Counted from the stretch's first letter, positions 26,300 to 40,262 are shown. The stretch is 64,000 nucleotides of DNA from Schmidtea polychroa (GCA_044892525.1 CM097887.1:74896001-74960000); one strand, 5' to 3'. Translations and numbers: made by a program. Notes: generated from the letters alone by a model not told the origin.

Positions 26300-26880
26300 T
26301 ACTACAAAAATCTCCACCTTTGCTTCATGAACGAAACCTTTTTTTTTCAGAATGAAAATTCTGCATTCACATAAATAGGTTATAGTTCGATGGTGCGATG
26401 TTGTTAATAATCTCCCAACCCTAATTCCTGATTTTGTCGCGTCACTCTGTTTGCCAATACTGGATGTCTACTTTGAATAGGATCCTTCAAATGTTCCAGT
26501 TGGTCGGAATACATATCTGCTGTAATCGTAAAATCATGTACAACCATGGATGATCTCACGGATATTCCACCATACGCAAAATAATGTCTTTTCCACATTG
26601 ATATTTTGTTTTGGTGTTTGATTTGATGAATGGTGTGGTGAAAGTAATTTTCCGTGCCTTAGATTATCACGTTGGACACATTTTCAGTATCTGTAACAAT
26701 GTTGTCAAGAAATGGATTTTTGTCTTAGAAATTCCTTGCATCGTGTTCATTTCATTCAAAAGATGTAGTATCCATCTTCAGTTCTTGCAAATTCATTCTA
26801 TGAAATATAAATGTTCATACATTGTAATTCTATCTGTTACTGTTTTGTCACTATCTCGTCGAGCGGTCTAGTGTTTTACT
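26300..26880 (-). mobile_element. Degenerate mariner transposase fragment
   Basis: KNPFLDNIVTD (cf. PFL..IVTGDEKW); TITADMYSDQLEHLK..IQSRHPVLANR (cf. TI.A..Y..QL..L...+..KRP.L.NR). Confidence 0.7.
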
Positions 26881-27689
26881 AAGTTATAACTTTATTTCAC
26901 TGGACGTTACATTTGTAATCATCAAAATGTTAAAAATTACAGTTACAAAAAAAAATTAAAAGTTAAATTGGATTTACGCAATTTTTAATTCTGGGGATTT
27001 ACAAGGGTTACCTTATCTTTTTCAATATGAATGAATATTTGAATTTAAAGACATTTCAATAATAAATTTTGATAACTGGAATATTCTCGCCAAATAAATA
27101 GAAACGTATTTTTTTTATATATAAATTCGTCTTATTTAGGATCATTAAAAGCTATACCCTAGAGAATAAATTTGAAAATTTAAATTAAAATTGACAGTTA
27201 TTTAATTACCTTAGTTTTGTTTTAATTATTTCCCATTAAATATCTGACCTTATTTGTAGGTATTTGAAAATTTAGAACATTTAGTCAATCTGCTTATGCT
27301 TTATAAATTTTTGATTAAAATTTTAAAAAGTATACTCTTAAATATTTAATAATAAAATAACATATTTTCGCAAAGTAGCTAAAATTAATAGGTTGAATAA
27401 AATTACTACTGGAACGTGAGAGGTAAACCAGATGTTTATTATTAGCTAAAAGATGCGCACTCGAAAAACACTTTTTATATTCTATTTTATCATTTTGTGC
27501 ATGTGGTTCTAATATGTTTAATTTGCCTTATGTTTTGTTATATTTTAGCTTTGTTTATTAAAATTTACTATTTTTATTCTATTTTTTTAAAATTTTTAAT
27601 AAATCTTTTTATATTTTTAACACTACTTTTCCATTATTTTCCCTTTACCAATTTTTTTTGCTATTATTAATTTGAACTTGCTCACTCTC

Positions 27690-28240
27690 ATTTCTGATTA
27701 GCACTTATATTTTGAAGGTTACATTAATATTAATATTGAATCTGAGTGCCGCTATCACTCCTAGCCAAGATTTGTGATTGAACTGTCGTCACTCCTATAT
27801 TCGCATAATTGTACTTTTTAACATTTCTTTATTACTATTACTAAATTTTGTGGCCAAAGTCCAATATCATTATAATTTAAATTATTTTCAAATACTACAC
27901 CAGCAGAGTCATTTGAAGTACTAGGTACTCTTATTGGAGTTACTTGAGAATACATTAAATATCCTCATTTATAATATTTATAATATAATATAATTATTTT
28001 ATTTATAATATAATTAATATTATTCTTTTTCTAATGAAACATTATCTTCGTCTGAACTTGAAGATGGTTGACTCGAAATGTTGATTGTCTTCAGGAACTG
28101 ATTTAGACGAATTAAAACACTTAATTATTTTATCATGCTTATCAGCTTGTTGTTGCTATTTTAATTTTCGTTTGCGATATTTATTTCCACTCAATTTCTT
28201 TGGTGGTATTTTTGCTAGCGGAGGTCATTTAATCAAATCT
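27690..28240 (-). mobile_element. Relic N-terminus of a TTF-zinc-finger-type hAT transposase
   Basis: KKLSGNKYRKRK and DIGLWP resemble the basic N-terminus and D.G.WP motif of such transposases. Heavily decayed. Confidence 0.4.
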
Positions 28241-29324
28241 CATTGACGATTGATTAAAATAAAAGAATAAATAAAATTGTTTGTATGTGATTGTATTTTA
28301 AAATTTAAGAAGATAACAATTTCTACAATGAAAGAAGGATCTCTCACTTCTTCACTTGTAAGGGACAACAAAAGCAAAATGTAACGAATGAAGGATTTGT
28401 TTTTTAATTCAAGAGTATTAAAATTTAGTTCAAATGGCTTGGCTAATTTTAGGCAATCCCAAAGTTTAATTATTTTTTCAAATCTTAATATCTTACATTT
28501 TATTACATATTTATTACATATTTACATAAGTATTGTATAAAATCCTAGTGATTTGGAAGAAGCTGTTAGTAGAATAAAAATGAATAATTAATTTTTACGA
28601 CCTATATTTTAAAAATATTGTGTTTTTATAAAATGTTTCAGGATCGATACACTTTATTATTGTGAGCTTTTGGTAATGACAACATTCACCGAGAAAACTA
28701 AGTTTTGAGGATTTGTATTTACATAAGCATTTTGCAATCTAAAATATATTTTAAACCAATTTCTTAGTGGAATTTCTTTTGAACGCATACATTGTACACA
28801 TTAGACATCCCATTAAACATTACTAAACCAATATGCATTCTTTCATTTAACCACTTTCCCTATTTAGTTTTAACTTTTTTTCTGTGCAAAAAATGTCAGA
28901 TATCTTTATTTTTTTTCTCATAATATGTATATGACTAAAGAAAACCAAATAATAACAGAAAATCATACTTCATTGAACATAAAATTTCCGTATAATGACC
29001 TTATATTGTTATAATAAATGATGAAAAGATATCTTATAAACTCACTAAATGATAATTTAATGGTTAGTATAATTTACAACAATCAGGACATAAAACCTTT
29101 GAATTTTTACCTAAATTATGACCGTATTTTAAATTTTCTCTTTAATGTCCCATTGGCTTTCAATTAGTAAATATGAGGAAACCTATATTATGTATTTCGA
29201 CAAAATGTTATAATTATTATTTCACTAGCCTAAATTACCTAAAAAATGACGGAATCATGTTATCAATCCAAAACACAATTCTCCATAGACTTGAATGTTA
29301 AAAAATAATATATGTGGTTTAATT

Positions 29325-29370
29325 CAGCTATGTCCAACCCGCGGCCCATTCTATAATTTTGTGCGGCCCG
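29325..29370 (+). mobile_element. Lone hAT (Charlie-like) left end
   Basis: CAGCTATGTCCAACCCGCGGCCC, plus a second GCGGCCCG subterminal motif. No partner end found. Confidence 0.45.
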
Positions 29371-30157
29371 TTTTGTATAAATATTTATTGTAATGAAATA
29401 TCAAATATAAATTTTTATTGTAGTAAAATATCACATGTGCGTTCAAAATTTTTTTTAATGTGTATTTTTTTATTTTTTTTTCAAAAAAACGGTTACTTTT
29501 AAGATTTTTTTTTAGTTTTAACTATAATGCATAAAATGGTTGCTATGATTACAAGTAAAAAATTGTTTAAAAAATCATTATTATTTCATTTATAATCAAA
29601 TATCATTGAGTAAATTATTTGTAATTTATTTTAATCTTAGTCTTTTATTAAGGACTTGAATTATTATTAAACTTTAATTCATATTTATTTTAATTCAAAA
29701 CTCTTTAACGACAATACATTTGGTATTATTATATAGTAGATTGGATAAATTATACATCATTCGATAGAGGAAAGTCGATTTTCAGATAACATTAAAATAA
29801 AAATCCCACGTTGTTGATCAAAACTAAAAGTTATAATAAAATTAGCAATTTGGTAATTTTAATTGAGCGTTATTCCATAATCACTAATTCACATACATAC
29901 AAAGAGATTGATATTTTATTAATATTAAATATTAATTTAAGTTTTATGATTTAAGATTAAATTTTTTTTAAAAATACAATTATTAAAATAATTTCATTGA
30001 TAAAAATAGAAAGTTGATAATTTAACATCCAATTCAACAAGAAATATTTTTTAATTAAAATTTCTATGGTCTAGAATTCATTAATTAGAAATACTAACTT
30101 ATGTTAGATTTTGAGTGGTTAATTATATTTGAATTACTTAGTTATTACTTAATTAAT

Positions 30158-30164
<7 letters not shown>

Positions 30165-30240
<76 letters not shown>
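30165..30240. repeat. (AT)n microsatellite
   Basis: 76-bp perfect AT repeat. Confidence 0.95.
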
Positions 30241-30243
<3 letters not shown>

Positions 30244-30369
30244 AGACTGTGCATAATAAAATTTATTTAGAGTAATCCCACGTTTTTCGCGGTTAATCCG
30301 TTCCAAACTCTATTGCGATAAGTGAATTTTCGCGAAGTCGGATTCTTTGTTAATAAATTGAATATTTTC

Positions 30370-30790
30370 GTTTATTTGCTAGAACACATGTTCTGTTTGA
30401 TAGTTTATATCTTCAAGGATTTTCTGTCACGTGTTATTTGCATAGTCTTCTGCTGCAGGCTAATCATCAGAGGCACCTTATCCGTACAAAACGACATTCT
30501 TCAGATTATACCTCTTCTAGAACTTCTTTTAACCAACCCTTATTTGACGTGTAATCCATTAACGTTATAGACGATGGTCCTTGTTAATAGTCTGCCTGCC
30601 AAGCTGTCTGACCCTCTCTCAGATTACCAGCTAATCCAACAGAATATTTTTCTTGAGGCTGTCGCTGATCCAAACGGCTTGGACAGACTCCGTTTCTATT
30701 ATGAACTTATTACGACTTGTCATTACGCACTTTGCTTCCTTGTTGAAAAAGATAGTAGCCGTTGCACTAATGTTCTTTCTGTTGGGGTAA
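30370..30790 (-). mobile_element. Degenerate Tigger transposase fragment
   Basis: KKF*KRYNLKNVVLYG*GASDD*PAAEDY...INYQTEHVF, resembling the Tigger FKKR...V..HGEAASAD..AA..F....GY..EQVFN.DE region. Confidence 0.6.
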
Positions 30791-30925
30791 TGTAAAAAAC
30801 ACAAGATAAAACGGAAGTAGAATTAAAATCAATAAAAACACCTAAGTAACAAAAGTGCAAAAAATTAATAAAATGTAAAAATTAATATCAATCGGTGCAA
30901 ATGAGTATGGTTGAACTCGAAATCA

Positions 30926-31631
30926 TGAGACAAATCCAGAAACAATAAAAGAATTTAGTGAGGGGGTCCCTAGAAAAGTTATAATATAATAACAAACTAA
31001 TTAAAAATTAATTAATTGCTGATGGAAAGCCCATGCTAATACAAAGCCCGAAACAGCGGGAAACCCGATCTATGATGAAAACCCGAGCGGTCTAAGACTC
31101 AAATAATTAGAAAGTGAAGTGAATTCGACGGAGCGGCCGTGTAGGAAGGAAATTAGTAGGATAACGAATAATCCCTCCCAGAATATTAGAATAACGGGTA
31201 TCCAATACGTTAGATGACTAGCGGTAATCCCCACAAGGATTAAAATAACGGTTGGGTAAATGCTGATAATTATTTGGAAATGTCGGTAATCCCCGGAGGA
31301 ATTAATGGAATATTGATAATGCCTTTTAGAAAAGTATAAAAGGAAAAGCTGAAAAGAGACGAATTAACAGTTGGTCGAAGAAAAAAAATTAGCGAGGACT
31401 TACAAATCATAGAAAATCAAAGAACAAATAATTCAAGGAAATCTAAGGAACATTATAACTTATCGTACCAGAAAGGTGATTACTCCTTGGGCAACTTACC
31501 TTACGATAACGATTGTCGACGAAAGAAAGGTGAAAATCGAGTGACTATTTGTAATTGTAATAAATGTATCTATGTGCATAATTCTCACGAGCACTGTGTT
31601 GATTGCATACTGTGATCCGGAATACGTTTCA
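30926..31631 (+). mobile_element. Possible solo LTR
   Basis: TGAGAC...GTTTCA ends, internal TAATCCC repeats, TATAAAA at about 31336, AATAAA at about 31559, higher GC than the flanks. No clean TSD. Confidence 0.3.
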
Positions 31632-34034
31632 AAAAAATCGTGATTTATTTATTTATTTAAAATAAGTTTGAAATAATTATCAATTAAAATTTTAATGTAA
31701 CAAACACTTGATAAAGGTTGTTGCGAAAATATTAGACCAAATTTTGATTGATAATCTGAAGAGATAAAGGAAATTGTATATAATATTGGTTTAACTAGCA
31801 AATTATTATTTCTAAATAATTCAAACGATTTCTACTGAATGCAACCCACTTCATAGTTAGACAAGTACGTTTATTTGTTTATGAAAGTAAATAATTAATG
31901 ACAAATGAACTGTGAATTTGTTGCTAAAATTACCCCGCGTAATATCAATGATTGAGTAGTAAAAACTTAGCAAATTAATTTTTTAAACTATTTGCTGAAT
32001 GTGATAATTCAATTGATAAAAGGATAATTACATTATCCGGAGTCCGGACTAGCCCTGCAGTCGTTTATTACAATTATTTCAAATCAAGTTGCTTTTGTTG
32101 TTTGAGAAAGTAAACAATATTTTCCATTATGAAAATGAATAAGTTTCAAATTTTGCAATTATCCATTTTATTTATTAATAATATTTTATTGACTCCATAT
32201 TTTTGTTGACAGGCTTTCTGTCAATTTTAGATTCGATTAAATTTAATTAAAATATCAATTAATCAGTCTATATTATTTACAATTGACTTGCAATTTTTAC
32301 AAAATAAGGTTAACCTTTAAATGCATGAATTTTCAAAAAACTTATTTTCTAAAAACGACAAAACTAGTTTGAACATATATGAGGAGATTTTTACGGCATC
32401 TATAGGGAATAAGCAGTGTTAGAAATTATGTACGTTATGCAGTCAATCAACAACATTGCGTATCAACTTAAAATCTACTTCACATGTACTTCGAGACAGC
32501 GAAATTCGGTATGTTGTCAAACGACAACACAATGGATTTAAGGGTTAAGGAGACATAAAAAGTGTTGCCGTATATTTTATTCAGTATGAAATTATAGACA
32601 ATAATAATAATAAATAAACATTTAAAGAGGTTTTGTAAATTTGAGCAAGAAATACCAATAATTAGTTATATTTGCAGGTATAATTTATAACTATTCGCGT
32701 TGATTCAAAAATGTAAAATTTTTAAATTTTAGGATCAAAATTTAATTCTTTTTTTATACTATTAAATAATAAAAATTACCTTGGTGGTTCGTTGTCTAGA
32801 TTTTGTTTCAAATATTTTATTGCAAAAAAATTTACCCAATTTTGTTTGTTTGTATTACAGAACTACTTGTTTAATTCATAATTTTAAATTTCCCTTTAGT
32901 TTATTATGATTTACACTTTCAATCATAATAAACATTGATGCATGCATACTGACATGGAATTGCTATGATATTTTAATGGTATTCTGCCAGTTTTGGAATA
33001 ACAATTTACGTAGTAAAGTTGTCCTGTACTTACTTTAATGTAATCGTTGATCGTAGTCAGAAACGAATAAAATTCCATCACATAGAGGAAAAGAAGGGCA
33101 GGTAAGACAAGCAGAGTTTGTCTCCATAAGAAATCGCGTGATGTATCTAATATTTTCCAAAATAGTTAATATGTTTAAAAAATTGGGTCGTCTAAAGTTT
33201 GTGGGTATATACTATATATAATCAATTTAGTATCTTTTATACAATCCTTTATCATATTATTTTCCATTTGACAGAAAAATGTACGGAGTTTTTAATACAT
33301 GCCATGTGCCTGAAAATATTTTCAAAATTACTTTCAATGTACCTTAAATATTTACGACTCTTGTTAAATTGTTAAAAGTTGATAAGGCTTGACAGAGAGT
33401 AATCTCAGCAGTATAACTGCTCATTAGTTAAAAGTTTAGGATAAGAGCTACTTGAAGACATTCCATTTCATAAATTCTGTTAATCTTTTTTATATATTTG
33501 TGCTCTATAATTATTGATGAAGGTAACGACAAATTATTAACAAAATCAATCTAAAATCAAGCGCCCGACATTAAATTATTTCCACATACTAGTTTCCATG
33601 ACCTCCGTCAGCCTGCAGCTTTCATGAATCATTTAAATCATTCACTTTTAAATAATTTTCATCTAATAACAAAAAATCGAAAGGGAGATTTCTATTATTT
33701 GTTCATAAATTTTAATGTTAATTAATGCAAGGACTTTGAGAAATTTTACAAATGCAGACAACCCTTGAGCTAACGCGATACTTTAATTACGTTTTATAAC
33801 AATAGTTAAATAACAATTTGTGAAAATTGAATTTTTTCAAAACTTCCAAGTCTCGTATAACACTTTAATATATTCTTCTCCCGCTATCGACAAATTTATT
33901 TTAAATTTTATTTTAACATGTCACAGTGTCGAGTAGCCAAAATTTAACAAACCCAAAAAGTGAATAAAATTTTGAAAATTTTACATTTATCCAGATTTAA
34001 ATAATAGGAATTAAATTTTAATAAATGATTCTGC

Positions 34035-34743
34035 CAAGGCCGTGGAAAGCCTGACCGGGCCCCGGTAAAATGATTAACGTGGGCCCGTTATTGATTATTA
34101 TATTTTTTTTAATCTAACTTGTTATGTGTTTTGTTTGTATGCAAGAATACTTTTGGTTGAATGGACAATTGGTTTTTTTGATATGGAACAATCACATCGC
34201 CATCTGCGGTTTCAGCAACGAATTATTTTGTCCCTACTAAATCTGATTTTTTTTTCGACAACACATTTGCAAATGAGAACAATAGATATTTTCTAACTAA
34301 TTACTTATAATCTCTGGCCGACACCGACAATTTATCATTTTACATACACACAGGAAAAAAATCAGTGTTTAAATCCATTAATTCAAAGGTTTTCTGAAAA
34401 TCTTTACAAAAATTTTAAATCAATGAATTTTTCATTAATTTGAAAGTTTTCATATTTGATTTGATGTTTAAAAGAGAGTAAATACATCATTTCACAGTTG
34501 ATTTGAATTTGAAAAAATTTAAAAATCTTCATTTAACGATAAATCAAAGTGAAAACCATTGAATCCATCGAAAAATCTTTAATATCATAATAAACGGAAA
34601 AAATGTTGATTTACCACCATAAAAAAGTAAATCAACAGTTGTATTTTTGTGTGTAGTTTTCGTGTTTTTCTGTTACGATTAAAAATTTTAGTGCACTTTT
34701 ACGGTCCCCGGGAAAAATACCCGCCACCGTCACTTCGGCCCTG
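34035..34743. mobile_element. hAT MITE, 709 bp including a nested insert
   Basis: Ends CAAGGCCG / CGGCCCTG. Perfect 8-bp TSD GATTCTGC (34027-34034 and 34744-34751). Confidence 0.85.
34347..34653. mobile_element. Nested CACAC-ended MITE (possibly CMC/EnSpm-like)
   Basis: TA|CACACAGGAAAAAA ... TTTTTGTGTG|TA, inside the hAT MITE. Confidence 0.5.
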
Positions 34744-35376
34744 GATTCTGCTATCGAAAATTTATTAAAAAGTTTATTATAATAATAATATGGTCAAAAT
34801 ATATTTTAAAATAAAAATTATTGAATTTATTTAGTCTTTATTTGAATATTTGAAAGTGATAATGATTTATCAAATAATAATCTAAATGACAATTATTATA
34901 TTCACAAAACAGTCAACAGTGTAATTACATAACAGATAAATTTTGAATCATATCTATATTCTAATGAAAAATTAACTCATAATTGCTTTAAATATTGTAA
35001 GTTGTAAAATTTGGCCTTTTTTAATTATCCATTTTATAAAATTTAGCATCCAAATAAATATAATTTAATATTTGACATTTAAATTTTGATTTTTGAATTT
35101 TTCAGTGAAATTAAACATTAATAATATAAATCCTTACCTCCCGGAAAATGTAAGGTTTTCTGTAAACTATGGTTTATTGTTAATTTGTAAATATATGGGA
35201 AAGTCTGGTTTCGATAAAAATTATTAAAAATCTTTGATAATAAATGCTAGATTAAATTTTAGATATATAAATTAGATTAGATAAATTAGATTCATAAAAA
35301 TTAAACAATAAAATAAAAAAATATTAAAAATAATTTATGTATTGTAAAAATATTAATACTGTCTTTAATGAATATA

Positions 35377-35512
35377 NNNNNNNNNNNNNNNNNNNNNNNN
35401 NNNNNNNNNNNNNNNNNNNNNNNNNNNNNNNNNNNNNNNNNNNNNNNNNNNNNNNNNNNNNNNNNNNNNNNNNNNNNNNNNNNNNNNNNNNNNNNNNNNN
35501 NNNNNNNNNNNN
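35377..35512. other. Assembly gap (N run)
   Basis: 136 Ns. Confidence 1.
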
Positions 35513-36363
35513 ACTCTCAAAGTAAACAGAGTTTACTCTAACAATCTTAATTTTTACCTTTAAAGTTTCGATCCTAGTGGTCATCTTGAATCTTATTTTA
35601 TAATATTTATCAAAAATATTTGTTTTTTCAATTATTATTATTGACAATTTGTACAAAATTTAATATGTATCTTTTGATAAAAAAGGTTATCTAAAAATTT
35701 TAACATTTTAACGCAATAATTTAAGAGTAAATAATAAAAACTTATTTATATTTTATTTTAGGATTCATTAACTAAAATGGAACTAAAAATTATAAAATAT
35801 TTATAATTCTTATTAAGCACCACGTTATGAATGAACAAGTAAACGACTTTATTAGCGTGTTTTGATGAAACAAAATATTTTTGGACAAAATCGTAATCAT
35901 GAGGATATAGGGAACAAATATTTAATATTCTGACAAACAATGTTGTATCAAGAATTATGAGTTACAATTTTAAAATGCAAACAAGGATTATAACTCTTGA
36001 ATCATAATTCACTGTGGTCACTTGATATTTGAGAATGGTTTTATTGGATTGCATTTTGTAAATTGAATTCGTTTGAAACACTTTTGTTGAAATTATCATT
36101 TTCCGGGGTTATTAATGCAACATAATATTCGTACTCATTTATTAGCTAAGATAGAATGTTTTTGGATTTAGTTTTTGCTAGAAATTTTTCAGTCTGTAGT
36201 GCAAGGCCGTATAAATAATTTGCAGCGTTTGAAAGGTCAAATAATATTTTCATTATAATGGTAAACGTAAACAATTTATTCTTTATGCTTATGAAAAAAA
36301 TGACAGTACACCTTGTTAAAAATATTTTGTTAGATTTCCACCCGATAAACTAAATTATTTTAA

Positions 36364-36566
36364 CATGTTCATGTCGTCGCGGATCACTGGTGGGACGTAT
36401 CTGATTGTGTTATTAGACGTATATTAAATGTATTATTAGAAAATTTAACGTATATTCATAAAAAACATTGATTTTTAATTACAATTATAATTAATAACGT
36501 ATTATAAATATAACTTTTGTTCAATAACATAAACTGCTCCGCCAGATCGGTGACGGCGTGAACGTG
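36364..36566. mobile_element. piggyBac-type MITE, 203 bp
   Basis: TTAA on both sides. About 30-bp imperfect TIRs CA(T/C)GTTCA(T/C)G(T/C)CGTC...GATC. Confidence 0.75.
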
Positions 36567-36877
36567 TTAATCAAACGCATTTATTTAATAATAAATAAAA
36601 TATCTATATAATTAATTTTTCTATTGTCTATTTCTGATGAAATGGAAGGTTATAACTACTTTATAGCAAATTATGAAGTCCTGTTGTGCAGTCCTTTTAG
36701 TAGTACTTTAAATTAAAAATATTTAATCGGATTAAAATGGTGATTGTTTAATACTTTTGTAAATATTTCTACTGCAGTTAAATCGTCGTCATGGTTTATT
36801 TATAGGTTGTAACTCGATTTTATTTTTTAATATTTTTACAAAATTTATAATATTTAGTTATTATTTTTTAATTACAG

Positions 36878-37078
36878 TTAATTTTCAACGAAGAATATAC
36901 TCGAGCAATGGATCAAGAGCATCACCCAAATCATTTCGCCTGTAAGAATTGTGACAATTCGCTTACAGGTCATAGATACATTCTAAAAGAAGAAAATCCT
37001 CATTGCATAAAATGCTATGAAACCAAGTTTGCCAATACTTGTGAACAATGTAAAGAAAAAATAGGATGTGATTCAAAA
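36878..37078 (+). CDS. lmpt: LIMPETin coding exon 5 (LIM2, start of LIM3)
   Basis: LIFNEEYTRAMDQEHHPNHFAC..C..SLTGHRYIL....HCIKCYE..FANTCEQC..KIGCDSK. Acceptor attacag, donor gtaggt, 67 codons. Confidence 0.95.
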
Positions 37079-38896
37079 GTAGGTTATAAATGCCATTATT
37101 TACAAATCATGATATATAACAATTGCAGTTGTTGCGTTTTTTATTATGAATTTATCATTAATAACATTTTTAATTCTCTTCTTCACCATCGATAGAAAAT
37201 AAAAGTTAGTTTTTTTGTTAGAAAATGTTATTAAATTTAAATCTTAAAGATAATCACAAATTTACATAACAATTATATTTTTTTATGCTGCAAAATCTTT
37301 AGATGTTAGAAACTCTTTCCTCGAGATTCATTTAGCTGAAATGATTTTCCCTGGGATTGAAATTGGTAAAACATTCTTACAGAAACAGACTAACTGACGA
37401 CAATTTTAAAAATGAATTTATAATTTATAATACCAAATTTTATTATAATGTAAAAGATTTAAATAAAAATATATTTTTTATTTCTTTTCGGCTAGTATTT
37501 TTTTTTAATTTAAAGTTTCTGGTCATATGTTCCGTCACCCATCGAAGCTCTTAAATTTAAATATTTAAAACTGAAAATTTCTTTATTTAACGTTATTAAT
37601 ATTTTCTTCAGTTAATTACTTTGATTTCACATAAATTTGAAATTTGTATCGCCTGGAATGTATTTTATGTAGGAATTAGTTTTGTCCGAACTAAATGTCA
37701 TTTAGAAAATATCATATTTTCTACGACTGGATTTTTTTGGTTTGTAAAGTTATGTTATGAGAAATTGAACTTTTGATACCACCTGTGATTTGATGAGGAT
37801 GCCACTGGCATATTTTTATTACTATAAAATTAAAAACTATAGACATAAAAACACGCTTAAACTTTTTAAAATAGAATAAATAATTTTTACAGAATAATAT
37901 TTCAAAGTTTATTCATTTAGTTGTTTAAATTTTTTATTCAATACTTCCAGTGTAGAATACTTTGGCAACCTTCTGACATTATCTAGAAATTTAATAAAAT
38001 ATTCTGATGTTTTTAAAATTTTTGTGTTTTGATTTACTATTTCACTTTAAAATCCATCTTCCAATTAGTTAGAATGTCTTAGTCGATTTTAATGCTAGTA
38101 AAGTAGCTTTTAGGGTCCCCAATATGCCTCATATAATCTTCTTTTGTTGAAATTGAATGAATTAAGTTTACCTCTTCTTCACCAAAGGATTCTTCGTCGG
38201 ATAAGTTTTCTTTTTTTCGTCATGGGACCACATTGATCGCACTTTTTTCAATCGATTCGCGATTTTTATTATGGTAGCCATGGTTGGAATGGTTATCTCC
38301 AAATCAAACACGAGCAAAACACGTTAACCAACATGTTTATTTACTTTATCCAAAATGTTCCTGCTCTCTTGAATCGATTTTGTATATGCCGAGACATAAT
38401 TTGAAGGATTTAATGAAAAATTAAAAGAAATAAAAAATGTAAATTGACACACGAAATACACTACAATTGACAATTAAAATTGTACACCAAACTCCATGGC
38501 GATACACTTTCTATACACCTAATTTAATAACTTCTATAATCTAAAAAAAATCAATAATTATATATTATAGGAACACACAAACTTACCTGTGTGTAGAAAT
38601 TTATTGTTCCGAAATTTAGTAACTTTATTATAGGTTTTGTGAAGGTGAGAGAAAAATAATTGAACACACCAACACAAAACCCATAATGAAAATGCATGCA
38701 AATTTCTTATATAGGTTTTTGTTCCGAAATAAATAACCGTTAACATATTGTTAAAATATAATTATTTTTAAATTATTAAAAAACGCAAGAAAGAAAGCAA
38801 GATCTTTTGATTTACAGAAAGAAATTCGCACTTCGTAAATTTGAATAAATTATTTTAATAAATTAATATTTTCATAGATATACAGAAAATGAGAAA

Positions 38897-39025
38897 ATTC
38901 GGCTTATTAATGACTTTCAGAATGGGGAAAATTACCAAGAATTTGGAAGATTACTAGGAATGACCAAATCTTTAATTAAAGCAATCATTTATAAATATTA
39001 AAAATATGGGGCCATCGAAAATGAG
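38897..39025 (+). mobile_element. Tc1-like transposase N-terminal HTH relic
   Basis: IRLINDFQNGENYQEFGRLLGMTKSLIKAIIYKY*KYGAIEN fits the Tc1 paired-like HTH pattern. Confidence 0.5.
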
Positions 39026-40080
39026 CTGGAGAAAGATTATAAAAATTAAAAAACTATTTCATCCATTTCTTTCCTAATTGCATTAAAAAAATAAATTTCT
39101 TCGGTAATTAGTTTAATTATTTAGTTAAAAATATGTCTAACTTACATTTTATTGAAATAATTCCAAATAAAAAATCATTGAATTTCATAAAATTCCTAAA
39201 AACACCTGAAATTTAATTATTATCAATGTTATATTATAAATGCTGACTAACAGTAATATTTAAGAACTTGAATAATGATTTCATAATTATATAAAATCAA
39301 AATTGAAGTCTTAAAAGTTACTTGAAATTAAAAAAAATTACCTGAAACCATTTTTAATAAATTGAATAAATAAAATTTAATAACTTCATTTTCACGTAAA
39401 TGGTGACTCACCTCAACTGGTGTGCACACCAACGTGAATTATAGAGGTTATTAAATTTCGGAATTGGGTGTAATATAAAAAATCAATAACGTTATGATAT
39501 AGAAATATACTTATTCACTTTGATGTTATTCTTTACAAGTGCAATGAGATACACTATACACTATAAAAATTGAAAAAGTGATAGAGTTTGGTGTATTTAC
39601 ACGACCTACTCATTTGAAACAGCTTCACCAAATACAGTCTATCTGCCTATGGGTTGCTAAATTTCCATATGCAGGTGTAGACGTATTTTTAAATAAAGAC
39701 AACATATTTCTGCTTCTTAATATTCATTTCAAATATTATATCTCGTTGTATATTTAATTAAATATGTTTATCAATTGATTTTAATTTTAAATATTTCAAA
39801 GGTAAAAAGCGAGAAATAAAAATGTAACTAAACAGAATTGTAAAAATTGAACTTAAAACTAAAGGAAAATGTGAATTCCGAACACATAAAAATAGGGTTT
39901 CACTGACCTATTTTACCTAATTTTATAATATTTTATAAAATGATAACTTCGTTTTCTAACAATTTACAATCAAAATATGCTTAATATAATTTATAAAAAT
40001 TTATTGATATTAAAATATATTTAAAAAATGAGAGTACTAACTGTAGATGAAACCTTTACTTAGATTGATGAAATAATTTT

Positions 40081-40262
40081 NNNNNNNNNNNNNNNNNNNN
40101 NNNNNNNNNNNNNNNNNNNNNNNNNNNNNNNNNNNNNNNNNNNNNNNNNNNNNNNNNNNNNNNNNNNNNNNNNNNNNNNNNNNNNNNNNNNNNNNNNNNN
40201 NNNNNNNNNNNNNNNNNNNNNNNNNNNNNNNNNNNNNNNNNNNNNNNNNNNNNNNNNNNNNN
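40081..40262. other. Assembly gap (N run)
   Basis: 182 Ns. Confidence 1.

Noticed and set aside
32033-32057. Near-palindrome TCCGGAGTCCGGA followed by AGCCCTG
   Set aside because: Probably a lone hAT right end. Too short to interpret.
37990-38420. Minus-strand CDQCG and WKMDFKV pieces suggesting a gag-protease relic
   Set aside because: The motifs are in different frames and incomplete.
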